From Malacoraja senta (Eukaryota), in contig CM075998.1 in assembly GCA_038087875.1 (NCBI GenBank), forward strand, positions 2,482,001 through 2,546,000: a stretch of DNA of 64,000 bases. The letters run 5' to 3'. The notes beneath the pieces were generated by a model, which saw only the letters and a list, made by a program, of their open reading frames with translations, had not been told where the DNA came from and made no database searches. Both the position numbers and the translations under genes were made by a program. Shown in pieces: positions 36,901 to 47,210 of this stretch. Positions within the stretch are counted from its first letter, which is position 1. Each line of letters opens with the position of its first letter.

Positions 36901-39900
36901 CCACTTAGACGCCTGGTTCTTGTCTCATTAAAGTCATTGTAACTGGAAAGGGAGTCTGAAGAAGGGTCTCGACCCGAAATGTCACTCATTCCTTCTCTCC
37001 AGAGATGCTGCCTGTCCCAGTGAGTTACTCCAGCTTTTTGTGTCTAAGGGTCACGAGCAGTCCATTCTAACCCTTGATCCAGGGTGGCATGCAGCTTTGT
37101 GACTGGTCTGGACAGATAGCTCACTGTAGGCCGACCACAGCTGATGCGAGTAATGAAAAAAATCAACTCGCTTTATTTGAAAAGAATGCTAACAATGTAT
37201 TCCTATTGCAGCCATTGCCCTTCTGAAAGACCGGGAGCCTGGCTCATTCCTGATTCGGGATAGCAATTCATTCCAGGGGGCCTATGGCCTTGCCCTCAAA
37301 GTGGTGACGCCTCCAGCTAACTTCAGCTCCCACAGCAGTAAAGGTAGGTTGCACAAAGCCACCCGGGTCTCAATGTGGGGGCTGACATTTCGGGTGTGGT
37401 CATGAAGAAAGGAGCTAGATTACCGGTAATGGGATCGCACAAACGGCCAAGATTGACGTGTTGAATGCAGAAGGGTCTCGACCCAAAACGTCACCCATTC
37501 CTTCTCTCCAGAGATGCTGCCTGTCCCGCTGAGTTACTCCAGCATTTTGTGTCCATCTTGACGTGTTGAATGCTCCCCGTTTGTGAGCTTACACATAGTC
37601 ATACATCAACAATTGTAAATTCATTTTTTGGAATGTGGGCATCGCTGGCTAAATCCAACATTTATTGTTCAACCCCAATTGTCTTGACCTGATCCGCTGC
37701 AGTCCTTCTGGTGAAGGTGCTCTCACAGAGCTGTTGAGGTGAGAGATGCCAGGATTTAGGCCCAGTGATAAACTACCAGTGTGATATATTTCCAAGTCAG
37801 GATGGTGTATGTTCCCCTACACCCACTGCCCTTACCCTTCTCAGTGGCAGGGTTTGGAAGATGCTCTCAGAGCAGCCTCGGTGAATAACTATAGTGCATT
37901 TTGGAGATGTGCACGCCATGGAAGGACTGAATGTTTAGGGTGGTGGATGTGGTGTCAAGCAAACAGGCTGCTTTGTCCTGGATGGCATCGAGGAGTTGTT
38001 GGAGCTGTATCATCCAGACAAGCAGACAGTATTCCCTCACACTCCTGACTTGAGCTTTATAGATGATGGAAAGACTTTGGTGGGTCAGGAGGTGGGTCGC
38101 TTGCCACAGGATACTCAACCTCTGACCAGCTCTTATGCCCACAGAGCTATGCCTCCCACTGGATCTAGCTATTGGTGGTGCCATGACGAGTAACATTTAA
38201 ATAAGTGAAGCAGGATTTCCTGTTACCCGTCCCTCCAGATGGTTTAACACCTCATCTGACTTCCAACTGGAGTCTCTCTTGGAAGGAGCCTAAAATGAGG
38301 CTCGCCTTAGCTGCTACAACTGGCTTTGTGTACAGTTTGGCACCTGCGGTTGAAACGAGTGTTGTTCACTTATGACTGAGTTGCAGTCAGGTAACAGGTT
38401 GGGAATCTGACTTGTGGACCAAACCCACCGAGCCCGCACGCAGACCAACTCCAAAGTTGGGTCAGATTGGCTCGGAAACAGAAATGCCAAGTGGACAAGC
38501 TCCATTGATGACGTTGCACAATGAGGTTGGGATTAAAATATATCATTTGGCAAACAGGGAGAGTACATCCGAGCCAACCTCGTAGCACGTTTGGATGTAA
38601 AACGTATAACATTTCGGTTTTGAGAATCCCAAGCTCCTTGGGTCAGGATGAGTTATAAGGACTGAATGGCCTCCCTCAGCTGTATTGACTCTGTGTGCTG
38701 ACTCTCTGCATTGTTACCACAGGCAACCCAAATGAACTGCTCGTACGGCATTTCCTCATCGAAACAGGCTCAAAGGGAGTGAAGATCAAGGGCTGTCAGA
38801 ATGAACCGCACTTTGGTACGTTTATTGAGACGGCAGGTTAGAGGCTCACACAGGAGACCCCAAACCTATTCACAGTCTGCAAGTCCTCTTCAACATGCTC
38901 CCTCCAACAATGCGGCACTCCCTCCAGCCCTCCCCAACAACAGGGCAACATTGCCCCTCGGATAGTGTGGTGCTCCCTCAACACTGACTCTCCGACACTG
39001 CGGCAATCCCTCAGTGCCGCCCCCTCATGTACATGCATAGGAAAGGTTCAGAAGGATATGGGCTTGGATGAGACATCTTGGTGAGCATGGATAGGTTGGG
39101 CCGAAGGGCCTGTTTCTGTGCTCTATGACTATCTCTATGCCAGTACTTAATCTCCGATTGACCATTCTCCTATCCAGCTTGTGTAGGAAAGAACTGCAGA
39201 TGCTGGTTTAAATCATCTGTCTGAAGAAGGGTCTTGATCCGAAACGTCACCCATTCCTTCTCTCCAGAGATGTTGCCTCTCCCCCTGAATTACTCCGGCA
39301 TTTTGCATCTACTGTATCTCCTATCTAGCTTCCTCTTTCCTCATCCCATCTTCCTATACCATTTTCCACACATGTGTTTATTCCGCTTCCTCTTAAATGA
39401 CTCTACAATATCCGACTCAGTCACACCCTGTGCAAATAAGTCCCAACTTTAATCACTCTCTTGGCAAGTAAGGATTCCTTGAATTCCTCTCTGGATCTAT
39501 TAGTGAATGCATTATGCTCATAGCTCCCAGTGGTGGTCTTCCAGATGTTTTGGTGATATCGTAAGTTGCTGTGAGAAAAGCAGTTGATGTTAAATGAGCC
39601 TTCAGACACTTGGCATTGAGAACTAACTTGCTTTTGTGTTTGGGTGTCCCATAGGAAGCCTGTCAGCTCTGGTGTATCAGCACTCCATCACGCCCATCTC
39701 TCTGCCCTACAAGCTGAAGATTCCAAATAAAGGTAATCCTTTGTTTTGTGAAAAGCCTGGAGTGCTTCCGAGTCCTTAAGTTCCCTCACACCTACCACTC
39801 TGGGCTCTTTGCATGGAAGAGATTGGGAAATGGAAATTGGCTAAAGAGTTGCTGCCTCACAGCACCAGAGACCCCAGTTCAATCCTGACCCCGGGTGCTG

Positions 39901-42900
39901 TCTGTACGGAGTTTTTACTTCCTCCTCGTGACCTCGTGGGTTTTCTCCGGGTGCTCCGGTTTCCTCCCACGTCCCAAAGACGTGCAGGTTTTGTAGGTGA
40001 ATTGGCTTCTGTAATTTGTCCCAAGAGTGTAGGATAGAACTAGTGTCCCAATTCCTGCCTTGGGAACAATATATTGGAATATTTAATGCTTGCACCAGGA
40101 TGCACTTGACCCTGCACTTGGACGTTGCTTTTATTTTAACAAAGAATTGTATTGCAAACCAGCAGAGCCAAATTTGAAACAATCATCGTTCATTTATTCC
40201 TTTACATCATTTGTGCTGCCAACAATACTTAATCTCATGCGGAATGGAGCCGATGCCAAGCTTGAGGCCTCCACAGTTTAAGAATAAGGGGTAGGTCATT
40301 TAGGACTGAGATGAGGAAAAACGTTTTCGCCCAGAGAGTTGTGAGTCTGTGGAATTCTCTGCCACAGAAGGCAGTGGAGGCCAATTCACTGGATGTTTTC
40401 AAGAGAGAGTTAGATTTAGCTCTTAGGGCTAACGGAATCTAGAGACATGGGGAAAAATCAGGAATGGGGTACTGATTCTGGATCATCAGCCATGATCACA
40501 TTGAATGGCGGTGCTAGCTCGAAGGGCCGAATGGCCTACTCCTGCAGCTATTTTCTGTTTCTATGTCCGCCCTCTCCTCACACTTCCCACCCTCCCCTCC
40601 AATCCTCTCTCCCACCCCTCGTTGTTTCCCCCCCCTGCTTTCCACACTTCTCACTGACAGCCACACTGACACATTCTGCCTTTCTCTTGCAGATCCCATG
40701 GATGAAACTGCGGACAACGTTGTACCCGGCAACACCAGTACCGCTGCTGAATTGCTCAAACAGGGAGCAGGTGAGTGCTGCAACTCTGGGCCTCTGTGGC
40801 CCAGCATCACGCCAGCTCACTGCTGCTTGGCTGAGGGAATATTGCACTCTATCCCAACCCTAGACCTGGCCTGGATCCAAGTCCTTGGAATGCAGGACAG
40901 TGGCATCCATACTGATACTGACCTGCAACACCAGATGACATTTTTATGCAGCGAGCTGTTGTGGTCTACAATCTGCTGCCTGAGAGTAATGGTGAAAGCG
41001 GATTCAACTGGGACTTCCAAAAGGGAACTGGGCTTCTCATTTGGTTTAGTTTATGTTTTAGTTTAGTGATACACCATGGGAATAGGCCATTCGGCCCACC
41101 GAGTCCGCGTTGGCCATCGATCATCCGTTCACACTAGTTCTGGTTTCCCACTTTCTCATCCACTCCCTACACACGAGGGGGCAATTTACAGAGGGCCAAT
41201 TAGCCCACAAACCCGCACGTCTTTGCGATGTGGGAGGAAACCCACGTGGTCACAGAGAGAACGTGCAAACTCCACACAGATAACACCCGAGGTCAGGATG
41301 GAACCCGGGTCTCTGGTGCAGTGAGGCAGCAGCTCTACCCGCTGTGCCACTGTGCCACCTCACAATTGACACAATTCTGTCATTGCTTTATCGCCCATCC
41401 CTTATTGCCCCTGAACTGAGAAGGCAGTTAAGCTTCAACCAAGGTGTGGACTCACACATCAGCCAGACTAGATAAAGGATGCTGGTGAATCGAACAGATT
41501 CAAACCAATGGTTTCACCAAGACTTTTTTTTTTAAGCCAGTTATTTGTGTTTAACGGTTCCAGATGCCACCGTGGGATTTGAACTCTTGTCTCTGGTCCA
41601 GAATTCTGGTTGCTAATCCAATAACTTTACCACTACAATAACTTTGTCACCAACACAGCTATAGTTGTTATCGGGACGGAAAAATGGGGAAAGAGCAGGG
41701 AACTGGGAGTAATTGGGTAGCACTTTAAAAAAAAACTATCACAGCCGAGATGGGATAAAGGGTCTCCATCAGTTGTTGACAGACAAACATCCTCTTACAT
41801 TTGTGAAGGAAGGAACTGCAGATGCTGGTTTAAATCGAAGATAGACACAAAATGCTGGAGGAACTCAGCGGGTCAGGCAGCATCTCTGGAGTGAAGGAAT
41901 GGGTGACGTTTCGGGTCGATCCCTTCTTCAGTCTGAAGAAGGGTCTCGACCCAAAACATTATCCATTCCTTCCCTCCAGAGATGCTGCCTGTCCCACTGA
42001 GTTACTCCAGCATTTTGTCTCTATCCTCTTACATTTATTGTGCACGGACTTAGATTCAGTAACAGGCTGATGATTCAATAGTTCTGAGTATATGAGCATG
42101 GGGACAGCTACAATTACTTCACGAGAGCACTGATCGTACAGGCATGCTTGCAACTGTTTAATACATTTTGTTTCTTTATCCTTGGGAAAGCTCCAGGATG
42201 TTTTGTGCTGGCGTTTGATCTGGGCAGGGCAATCCAATCTTATGTTTCCTCCTTTCAGCCTGCAACGTGTTGTATATAAACTCGGTGGAGACAGAGTCGC
42301 TGACTGGCCCACAGGCAGTTGCCAAAGCAACCATGCAGACGTTTTCCATGCAGCCTCGGCCCACTGCCACCATGGTCCACTTCAAAGTCTCCGTGCAGGG
42401 CATCACCCTAACAGACAGCCAACGCAAGTAAGGCCAAATCAGGATTACCAGAAACCTTGAGCTGTTGTAATATCTGCTGCGTGTCCTATAAAGCCACCAG
42501 TGGCGGCCCAGACCCTTTAATTTACTAATGTGGAGATATTGGAGCCGAGGCAACAACACCCCGTTGGGTGCAGGCCGGCCACGGAGGCGCAGCGGTAGAG
42601 TCGCTGCCTTACAGAGCTCACAGCGCCGGAGACCCGGGGTCCATCCCGACTACGGGTGCTGTCTGTATGGAGTTTGCACGTTCTCCCCGTGACCTGCGTG
42701 GGTTTTCTCTGAGATCTTTGGTTTCCTCCCACACTCCAAAGACGTGCAGGTTTGTAGGTTAATTGGCTCGGTGTAGGTGTAAATTGTCCCTAGTGTGTGT
42801 AGGATAGTGTTAATGTGCGGGGATCGCTGGTTGGTGCGGACTCGGTGGGCCGGAGGGCCTGTTTCCGTGCTGTATCTCCAAACTAAACTAAACTAAAAAA

Positions 42901-45900
42901 CTTCCATTTCTGCAATATGGTGCTCAGGGTTTCCCCTAGAAACCACCTTAATATCGTTTTCAAACTTCTCATGTGATCGTTAAATTCCTGAGGCCCCACC
43001 TGCTGTTTCGGGTGGGTGTAAATGATACAATGGCACTATTCCAAAGAGCAAGTGAGCTCTCCTCAGTGTACAGGTCAATCTAAACCCCACAACATGACTG
43101 AAATAAACAATCTGCCCATAATCACACTGTCATGTGTGCGAACTTCCTGTGCACAAATTGGCTGCATTACAACAGCAAGTTCAGGTTTATTATTGTCATG
43201 TGTACCGAGATACAGTGAAGAGCTTTGTTTTGCTGCATGCTATTGAAACAGATCAGATAATACCATATAACAATAAAATCGGTTCAAACTCAAGTACAAA
43301 ACATAGAGCAAAGGGGAAGATACAGAGTGCAGAATATAGTCCAATGTCCGCAATGGGGTAGAGGTGAATCGAACAGTACCCTGGCTTATGGAAGGACCGT
43401 TCAGAAGCCTGATAACAGTGGGGAAGAAGCTGTTCCTGAGTCTGGTGGACACAAAAAGCTGGGGTAACTCAGCGGGACAGGCAGCATCTCCGGAGAGAAG
43501 GAATGGGTGACGTTTCGGGTGGAGACCCTTCTTCAGACTGGTGCGCGCTTTCATGCTTCTGTACCACACTTCACTGCTGCTTCGCTGCCTGGAGGGCCTT
43601 TCTGAGATCATGAAAGTACAAATTAATTATTATTTTTTGACATGCAGGACTGAGAAATGAATGATTATCCGCAATTTGATTTACTTCACTTTCCTGTTGG
43701 CGACTTCTTGAGGAGAGGCCAACATTCAGACCGCACTGTGTGCACACTAGCCTGTTGCAGGCTCACTGCCAGGCCCTGACGGATTCATATTAACTAGTTA
43801 GACTCAGACAAATATATTGTGTTGCAAAATCTGCCCATTTCCAAAGAAAAATCAGCTGGGTTTTTAAAAGTGATGGTGAATAGTTAAAATCCAGGAATGC
43901 ATCTTATAGAAAGCTAGTTGAAGTGTTTTATAAATATATGTTTTGTTCGGTTTGTTCTTAAGACTGTATTTCACAGTGGAGTTTGAGATCGCACGAACAC
44001 CCAAACTCCACTTTTTTAAACGTGTCGTCTTCTTTCCTGATCAACAGGATTTTCTTCAGACGCCATTACCCAGTCAACACCGTAACGTTCTGCAACCTGG
44101 GCCCACAGGACAGAAGGTAACTCCACCCTTGACCCGTGCCAACGTTGCCACACACAGTCTCTCCTCTGCCTCAGACACTTTGAATGTGAACGGGTAAGTT
44201 AGGCAGTGAGCAGGTGACGGCCAGAATCTGTCCAGCGACTGTCATTCTGCAGCTCTGCTAAGGTATGGACGTTGATAATCTCGTCATACCCTGACCAAAC
44301 TCCACCCCACTCCCCACACCCCTTGCATTGAGGGTTCATTACCAACTTTATAAAGTGGCTCCATAATATTCCTGGTTATTTCTTCCCAGTTCAGCTCATG
44401 CCACTCTGAGCTCTGCAGCTCTGAGCACTAAAGCCCTGCTGCATCACACAGCCCGACGTCAATGTGAATAGAATTTGGGGACATGCTCAGACTCTTACTT
44501 CACTCCAGATCACATCCACCTGTCGGGATAAAGGAGGAACGGGGTACTGATTGGGGATGATCAGCCATGATCACATTGAATGGCGGTGCTGGCTCGAAGG
44601 GCCGAATGGCCTACTCCTGCACCTATTGTCTATGTTTCTATGTCACGTTTGTGCTTACATTGGTTCCTGCTCCACTAATGGTTTATAAATCTCTGTCCTT
44701 CTCAAATCCCTCCATGGACTTGCCATCCACCCCTGTTGTCTCTGTACGTTCTTCCAGCTTCCACAAGCGTTCTTAACTGCTGCACTCCTCTTGTCTTCAG
44801 CTGCCTGGACCCTAACTCTGGAATTCCATCCCTAAACCTTCCATGCCTCTCTTTCCCCCTCGAAGGTGTTCCCATCAACCTCCCTTTGGTGATCTATCCT
44901 AATAATTTTCCTCATAGCTCCGGTTTAGACGTGTTCTTTGATAACTCCAGAGGCATTTCACATGGGATGCTTTGTACATTAGAAATTGCCGCTGACTGTT
45001 TTAGCAGCCTGGCCTCGCACACAAGATTTTCGTATCGGAATTACGCCCTCAAATCTGGAACTTATCCTCAGTCAATGATTGGAGACACACACAAACTGCA
45101 GATGCTGGAATGCTGAGCAAATCACAGAGTGCTGGAGGAACTCAGCTGGCCAAGCAGCATCCGGTGCTGCCTGACCCGCTGAGTTCCTCCAGCACTCTGT
45201 GTTTTGTTTCAGTAAATTATTGCCTCTTTGCCAGCTTCTGCGATTTCTCATGCCTGATTCTGTAATCCGTTCACGCTTATTTGTTTTCAATTTTGTGCCA
45301 AGGATTTTAGTTTTTCAATGGCACCATGAAAAAATACAATATTTCAATTCGCACTGGAAAACACTCTTCCTGCTTATCAAATGAAAGCGAGCCCATTCGT
45401 GCTACGTTTGGTTTCACACACTCACTCACACCCACACACCCACGCTCAGTTTACTCTTTTTTTCAGGTGGACTAACCCAGATGGCACAACATCAAAGTAA
45501 GTGATGTTGGGGAGTTGTGGGGAGAATGTTGGGGGGGGGGGGGGTTAATTGATTTATGATACGTGGGAACCACAGGCAAGTCAGTTGGATCCATTTGGTT
45601 GGTGAGTTCCCATCCACTCACAACCTTCTCCAGACTCTAGCAAGCGTGAACTCCCACACACTGAGCCATACTGGGGCCCAAACATTCAGAGGATCTCAAA
45701 ACTGCTGCACTTAATATTGATAATCCCCTAACGTGACCTTGGTCATCTAGTCACCTCTCACTCTCCACCACCACCTCTTGGTTTTTGTCCCCGCACTATT
45801 TCAGTGAAGCTCAACTTGACGAACAGCACCTCATCTTCGAACTGGGCACATTGCAGTCCTCTGGAGTCCACACTTGCTTCTCTCGTTCCAGCAATAATTC

Positions 45901-47105
45901 TGATTCCCACTTGCACCACCTCTGGACCCATGCTTTGTGACTTCACCTGCCCCTATCGCCTTCCACCTCCACCATTTGTGGCACTCGGTTTCTCCGGTTC
46001 CCACCCTCTGTTGTCTCCACACCTCCCGCTTCAAAATAAAACCTGCCTCACCTCCATCATTCCCCAGTTCTGGTGAAAGGTCGTCGGCCTGAAGCATAAG
46101 CTCATTCTCCCTCCTCACACACTGCCTGAGCTGCTGTGTATGTTACATTTTTAGTTCGCATTTCCAGCATGTGCAGGCTTTTGCTTTTGTATGACAATGT
46201 TTTTTCGTTGCCCTCCCTGTTGGCATCCTGAGGGGGAGGCTCCAGACTCCCAGCACCTCACCCTGGTGGCCACAGTTTCTGAGGCCAGACACTGAGGGTT
46301 AGCAGTGGGGGAACGTGTAGGGGGAGAGGGATGTAGCCAGCTACACCTCTCCAGACTTCCCACCAAGCAGCGGGTGGTTTGTGGGCCAGCTGATCCCACT
46401 GTTCCCGCTCCACAGTCTCAACTGTTGCAGCATGCCAAGATGCTGCAGTTTTAGAAACGTTAAGACGGATTCACAGACTCTTGAAGGGACTTCTCCCTGC
46501 TTAATGACCACAATGTCCAAAGAATCCTCTCCTGCCAATGAAGGGGAGTGAGAATGGGCCATTCAGGTTGAGAGTCACAGAGACATCCTTCGGCCCACCA
46601 ACTTCGTGCCAACCATCAGCCAGCCATTTATACTAATCCTACCCTAATCGCATTTTATTCTCCCTGCATTCCCATCAACTGCCCCCAGATTCTCCCACTC
46701 CCTACACACTGGGGGCAATTTACAGAGGGCCAATTAACCTACAAACCCGCACGTCTTTGGGATGTGGGAGGAAAACGGAGCACCCGAAGAAAACCAACGC
46801 GGTACAAACTCCACACAGACAGCACCCGAGGTCAGGATCGAACCCGGATCTCTGGCGCTGTGAGGCAGAGGCTGTGCACGGTGCCGCTCTAAGTTATGGT
46901 CAGAGGGGTGGCGTATACTGTTGAGCGTGATGCAGCGATCTCTTCTTATTTTTTCTCTTGCAGGATGTTTGGTTTTGTGGCGAAGAAGCAGGGAAGCATG
47001 TCTGACAATGTCTGCCATCTGTTTGCTGAACTCGACCCAGAGCAGCCAGCATCCGCCATAGTGAACTTCATCACCAAAGTCATGCTCGGCCCACAGAAGA
47101 GATGA
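877..47105 (+). CDS. tns2: Tensin-2 (TENC1), spliced multi-exon CDS; 5' exons lie upstream of the window
   Basis: 22 exons with AG/GT boundaries and matching phases, except at the lesions noted below. Translation gives PTP-like, C2, SH2 and PTB domains. TNS2-type segments include [58 protein letters not shown] and NFITKVMLG. Confidence 0.95.
1030..1460 (-). mobile_element. CR1-clade LINE 3' fragment (family A, CTTATGA-type tail)
   Basis: [22 protein letters not shown]...[14 protein letters not shown], the ORF2 C-terminus. Confidence 0.88.
1832..1954 (+). CDS. tns2: tns2 exon ([16 protein letters not shown]...VVVLHCK)
   Basis: atcag|GTT ... AAG|gtgagg; 123 nt, phase 0-0; contains the WPD loop and the P-loop Cys. 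Confidence 0.96.
2075..2470 (-). mobile_element. CR1-clade LINE 3' fragment (family A)
   Basis: Same ORF2 C-terminus and 3' UTR. Confidence 0.88.
2533..2818 (+). mobile_element. CR1-clade LINE 3' fragment (family A)
   Basis: [16 protein letters not shown]...; tail gaccttatga. Confidence 0.88.
2874..2938 (+). CDS. tns2: tns2 exon ([22 protein letters not shown])
   Basis: caacag|GGC ... GG|gtaaga; 65 nt, phase 0-2. Confidence 0.96.
3315..3398 (+). CDS. tns2: tns2 exon ([28 protein letters not shown])
   Basis: tgcag|A ... AG|gtgagt; 84 nt, phase 2-2. Confidence 0.95.
3452..3686. mobile_element. MITE (non-autonomous DNA transposon), probably PIF/Harbinger type
   Basis: Perfect 25-bp TIRs AGGGCCTGTCCCACTTTCACGACCT (3452-3476 and 3662-3686), flanked by TAA/TTA; many internal (A)CGACC repeats. 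Confidence 0.85.
3909..4272 (+). mobile_element. CR1-clade LINE 3' fragment (family B, TTTCTATG tail)
   Basis: ORF2 C-terminus; tail ttctatgtttctatg. Confidence 0.85.
5322..5434 (+). CDS. tns2: tns2 exon ([37 protein letters not shown]), start of C2 domain
   Basis: ctacag|A ... G|gtaatt; 113 nt, phase 2-1. Confidence 0.95.
5519..6130 (-). mobile_element. CR1-clade LINE 3' fragment (family B)
   Basis: [18 protein letters not shown]...[14 protein letters not shown]; (catagaaa) tail. Confidence 0.92.
7947..8251 (+). mobile_element. Penelope-like element 3' end (GIY-YIG C-terminus and pLTR with HHR-like core)
   Basis: [25 protein letters not shown], then a C-rich spacer and CTGAAGAAGGGTCTCGACCCGAAAC at 8137. 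Confidence 0.8.
8504..8564 (+). CDS. tns2: tns2 exon ([21 protein letters not shown])
   Basis: ttacag|GA ... TA|gtaagt; 61 nt, phase 1-2. Confidence 0.95.
8803..9058 (+). mobile_element. CR1-clade LINE 3' fragment (family A)
   Basis: ORF 8805-8999; tail cttatggtcttatgg. Confidence 0.85.
9181..9720 (-). mobile_element. CR1-clade LINE 3' fragment (family A)
   Basis: ORF 9272-9562; cataaggtcataag tail. Confidence 0.88.
9824..9899 (+). CDS. tns2: tns2 exon ([25 protein letters not shown])
   Basis: cacag|CAGT ... ATG|gtgagt; 76 nt, phase 2-0; tandem CAGCAG acceptor. Confidence 0.93.
13117..13440 (-). mobile_element. tRNA-derived V-SINE (HE1-like) with (TAAAC)n tail
   Basis: Minus strand has A box GGTGGCGCAGCGGTAG, B box GGTTCGATCC, a central GGTTTCCTCCCAC-type domain and a (TAAAC)n tail. 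Confidence 0.85.
14179..14420. repeat. 27-bp minisatellite (CATCACTGTGGATTGGAGGACCATGGA) with an inserted CR1 tail
   Basis: CACTGTGGATTG at 14181, 14208, 14276, 14303 and 14330. Confidence 0.85.
14770..14899 (+). CDS. tns2: tns2 exon ([24 protein letters not shown]...DELDDAYG)
   Basis: ttgcag|GTG ... G|gtcagt; 130 nt, phase 0-1. Confidence 0.95.
16634..16699 (+). CDS. tns2: tns2 exon ([22 protein letters not shown])
   Basis: tcctag|AC ... G|gtaaga; 66 nt, phase 1-1. Confidence 0.95.
16939..17240 (-). mobile_element. V-SINE (HE1-like)
   Basis: Same family as 13117-13440. Confidence 0.85.
17795..17911 (+). CDS. tns2: tns2 exon ([39 protein letters not shown])
   Basis: ctgcag|AG ... G|gtattg; 117 nt, phase 1-1; conserved [16 protein letters not shown]. 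Confidence 0.94.
18655..19088. repeat. Imperfect (CA/CT)n microsatellite, about 430 bp
   Basis: Direct inspection; the source of the His/Thr-rich spurious ORFs. Confidence 0.95.
19641..19935 (+). mobile_element. V-SINE (HE1-like)
   Basis: cggtggcgcag ... (taaac)n tail. Confidence 0.85.
20772..21042. mobile_element. Penelope-pLTR inverted repeat (arms about 130 bp)
   Basis: Arm 20772-20905 is the reverse complement of arm 20916-21042. Similar palindromes at about 1600-1800, 10057-10236, 12703-12905, 27196-27404, 39181-39312, 41803-42022 and 45084-45210. Confidence 0.8.
22435..22710 (-). mobile_element. CR1-clade LINE 3' fragment (family A)
   Basis: cataagaacataag tail and conserved 3' UTR. 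Confidence 0.8.
23435..23845 (+). mobile_element. CR1-clade LINE 3' fragment (family A)
   Basis: ORF 23438-23782. Confidence 0.88.
23909..25503 (+). CDS. tns2: tns2 large central exon (about 1.6 kb), frameshifted as given and lacking a GT donor
   Basis: Starts [19 protein letters not shown]...[46 protein letters not shown] and HPIRNG..PLLMPA follow, interrupted by frame switches. The end is inferred at CCCAG^AAGCCG, where phase 1 fits the next exon. Confidence 0.8.
27478..27670 (+). CDS. tns2: tns2 exon ([13 protein letters not shown]...[25 protein letters not shown]), absent from the ORF track
   Basis: ttcttctgttag|AA ... AG|gtacat; 193 nt open, phase 1-2, bridging the large exon to the phase-2 exon at 33566. 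Resembles the recalled human segment CSASSELSGPSTPLHTSSPVQGKES. Confidence 0.78.
27840..28390 (-). mobile_element. CR1-clade LINE 3' fragment interrupted by a MITE remnant
   Basis: Family A sequence, with foreign DNA at 27916-28032. Confidence 0.8.
30131..30538 (-). mobile_element. CR1-clade LINE 3' fragment (family B), near-identical to 5519-5930
   Basis: ORF 30199-30396 nearly matches 5588-5785. Confidence 0.88.
32875..33298 (+). mobile_element. CR1-clade LINE 3' fragment (family B)
   Basis: ORF 32885-33211. Confidence 0.88.
33566..34343 (+). CDS. tns2: tns2 Pro/Ser-rich exon ([12 protein letters not shown]...PPTPAFPV...[10 protein letters not shown]...QHVTFSP)
   Basis: ccaacag|C ... CAG|gtaagc; conserved PxTPAFP, PPLPEKR and HVTF motifs; a probable 1-nt deletion near 34324. 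Confidence 0.88.
34787..35085 (+). mobile_element. CR1-clade LINE 3' fragment (family A)
   Basis: agaggtcatagcctcagaat...cacttatgacc. Confidence 0.85.
35512..35598 (+). CDS. tns2: tns2 exon ([29 protein letters not shown]), start of SH2
   Basis: cctgcag|AC ... G|gtgacc; 87 nt, phase 1-1. Confidence 0.93.
36014..36300 (-). mobile_element. V-SINE (HE1-like)
   Basis: Same family, diverged. Confidence 0.75.
37212..37343 (+). CDS. tns2: tns2 SH2 exon ([31 protein letters not shown]...)
   Basis: ttgcag|CC ... G|gtaggt; 132 nt; FLIRDS SH2 signature. Confidence 0.96.
37620..38150 (-). mobile_element. Old CR1/L2-type LINE fragment
   Basis: Minus-strand [17 protein letters not shown]...[11 protein letters not shown]. 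Confidence 0.6.
38723..38815 (+). CDS. tns2: tns2 SH2 exon ([30 protein letters not shown])
   Basis: ccacag|GC ... G|gtacgt; 93 nt, phase 1-1. Confidence 0.96.
39655..39732 (+). CDS. tns2: tns2 SH2 exon ([26 protein letters not shown])
   Basis: ccatag|GA ... G|gtaatc; 78 nt. Confidence 0.96.
39838..40040 (+). mobile_element. V-SINE fragment
   Basis: gagttgctgcctcacagc...ggtttcctcccac. Confidence 0.7.
40270..40565 (+). mobile_element. CR1-clade LINE 3' fragment (family B)
   Basis: cacagtttaagaataaggggtagg...tttctatg. Confidence 0.82.
40693..40770 (+). CDS. tns2: tns2 SH2-PTB linker exon ([26 protein letters not shown])
   Basis: ttgcag|AT ... G|gtgagt; 78 nt. Confidence 0.95.
41043..41360 (-). 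mobile_element. V-SINE (HE1-like)
   Basis: GTTTA tail at 41043-41066; head near 41350. Confidence 0.75.
41803..42022. mobile_element. Penelope-pLTR inverted repeat with a 14-bp TSD
   Basis: ATCCTCTTACATTT at 41789-41802 and 42023-42036. Confidence 0.85.
42259..42427 (+). CDS. tns2: tns2 PTB exon ([21 protein letters not shown]...[18 protein letters not shown])
   Basis: tttcag|CC ... AA|gtaagg; 169 nt, phase 1-2. Confidence 0.96.
42576..42897 (+). mobile_element. V-SINE (HE1-like)
   Basis: Head at 42576; (taaac)n tail near 42880-42897. Confidence 0.85.
43180..43565 (-). mobile_element. Rex1/Babar-like LINE 3' fragment, interrupted by a Penelope arm
   Basis: Minus-strand [17 protein letters not shown]; Penelope arm at about 43446-43540 flanked by CTGGTG. 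Confidence 0.6.
44048..44116 (+). CDS. tns2: tns2 PTB exon ([23 protein letters not shown])
   Basis: caacag|G ... AG|gtaact; 69 nt, phase 2-2. Confidence 0.96.
45467..45496 (+). CDS. tns2: tns2 30-nt exon ([10 protein letters not shown])
   Basis: ttttttcag|G ... AA|gtaagt; phase 2-2; TNS2-type [10 protein letters not shown]. Confidence 0.94.
45800..46190 (+). mobile_element. Older, degenerate Penelope-like 3' end
   Basis: [18 protein letters not shown], followed by a decayed pLTR (ctggtgaaaggtcgtcggcctgaagc...ttccagcatgtgcag). Confidence 0.6.
46570..46887 (-). mobile_element. V-SINE (HE1-like)
   Basis: Same family; ends about 75 nt before the last tns2 acceptor. Confidence 0.7.
46964..47105 (+). 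CDS. tns2: tns2 last coding exon ([11 protein letters not shown]...[30 protein letters not shown])
   Basis: ttgcag|G; tensin PTB C-terminus; TGA at 47103-47105. Confidence 0.97.
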
Positions 47106-47210
47106 GTCAGGGATTTGCTGCATTCAAAGACAAACCAAAGGAGTCACCTGGCCAGGCAAGAAGGATAGCTAGCTCCTCCTGCATCACCCAAAGGAACAAG
47201 CTCCCTAACC

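Noticed and set aside
38895..39030. Short degenerate tandem of CACTCCCTC-containing units
   Set aside because: Three or four decayed units, probably SINE-derived; too degraded to define a unit reliably.
877..47105. tns2 as a pseudogene
   Set aside because: Twenty exons are intact with canonical splice sites and conserved motifs. The lesions are all small deletions confined to two exons, which fits consensus error better. Kept as findings to verify.
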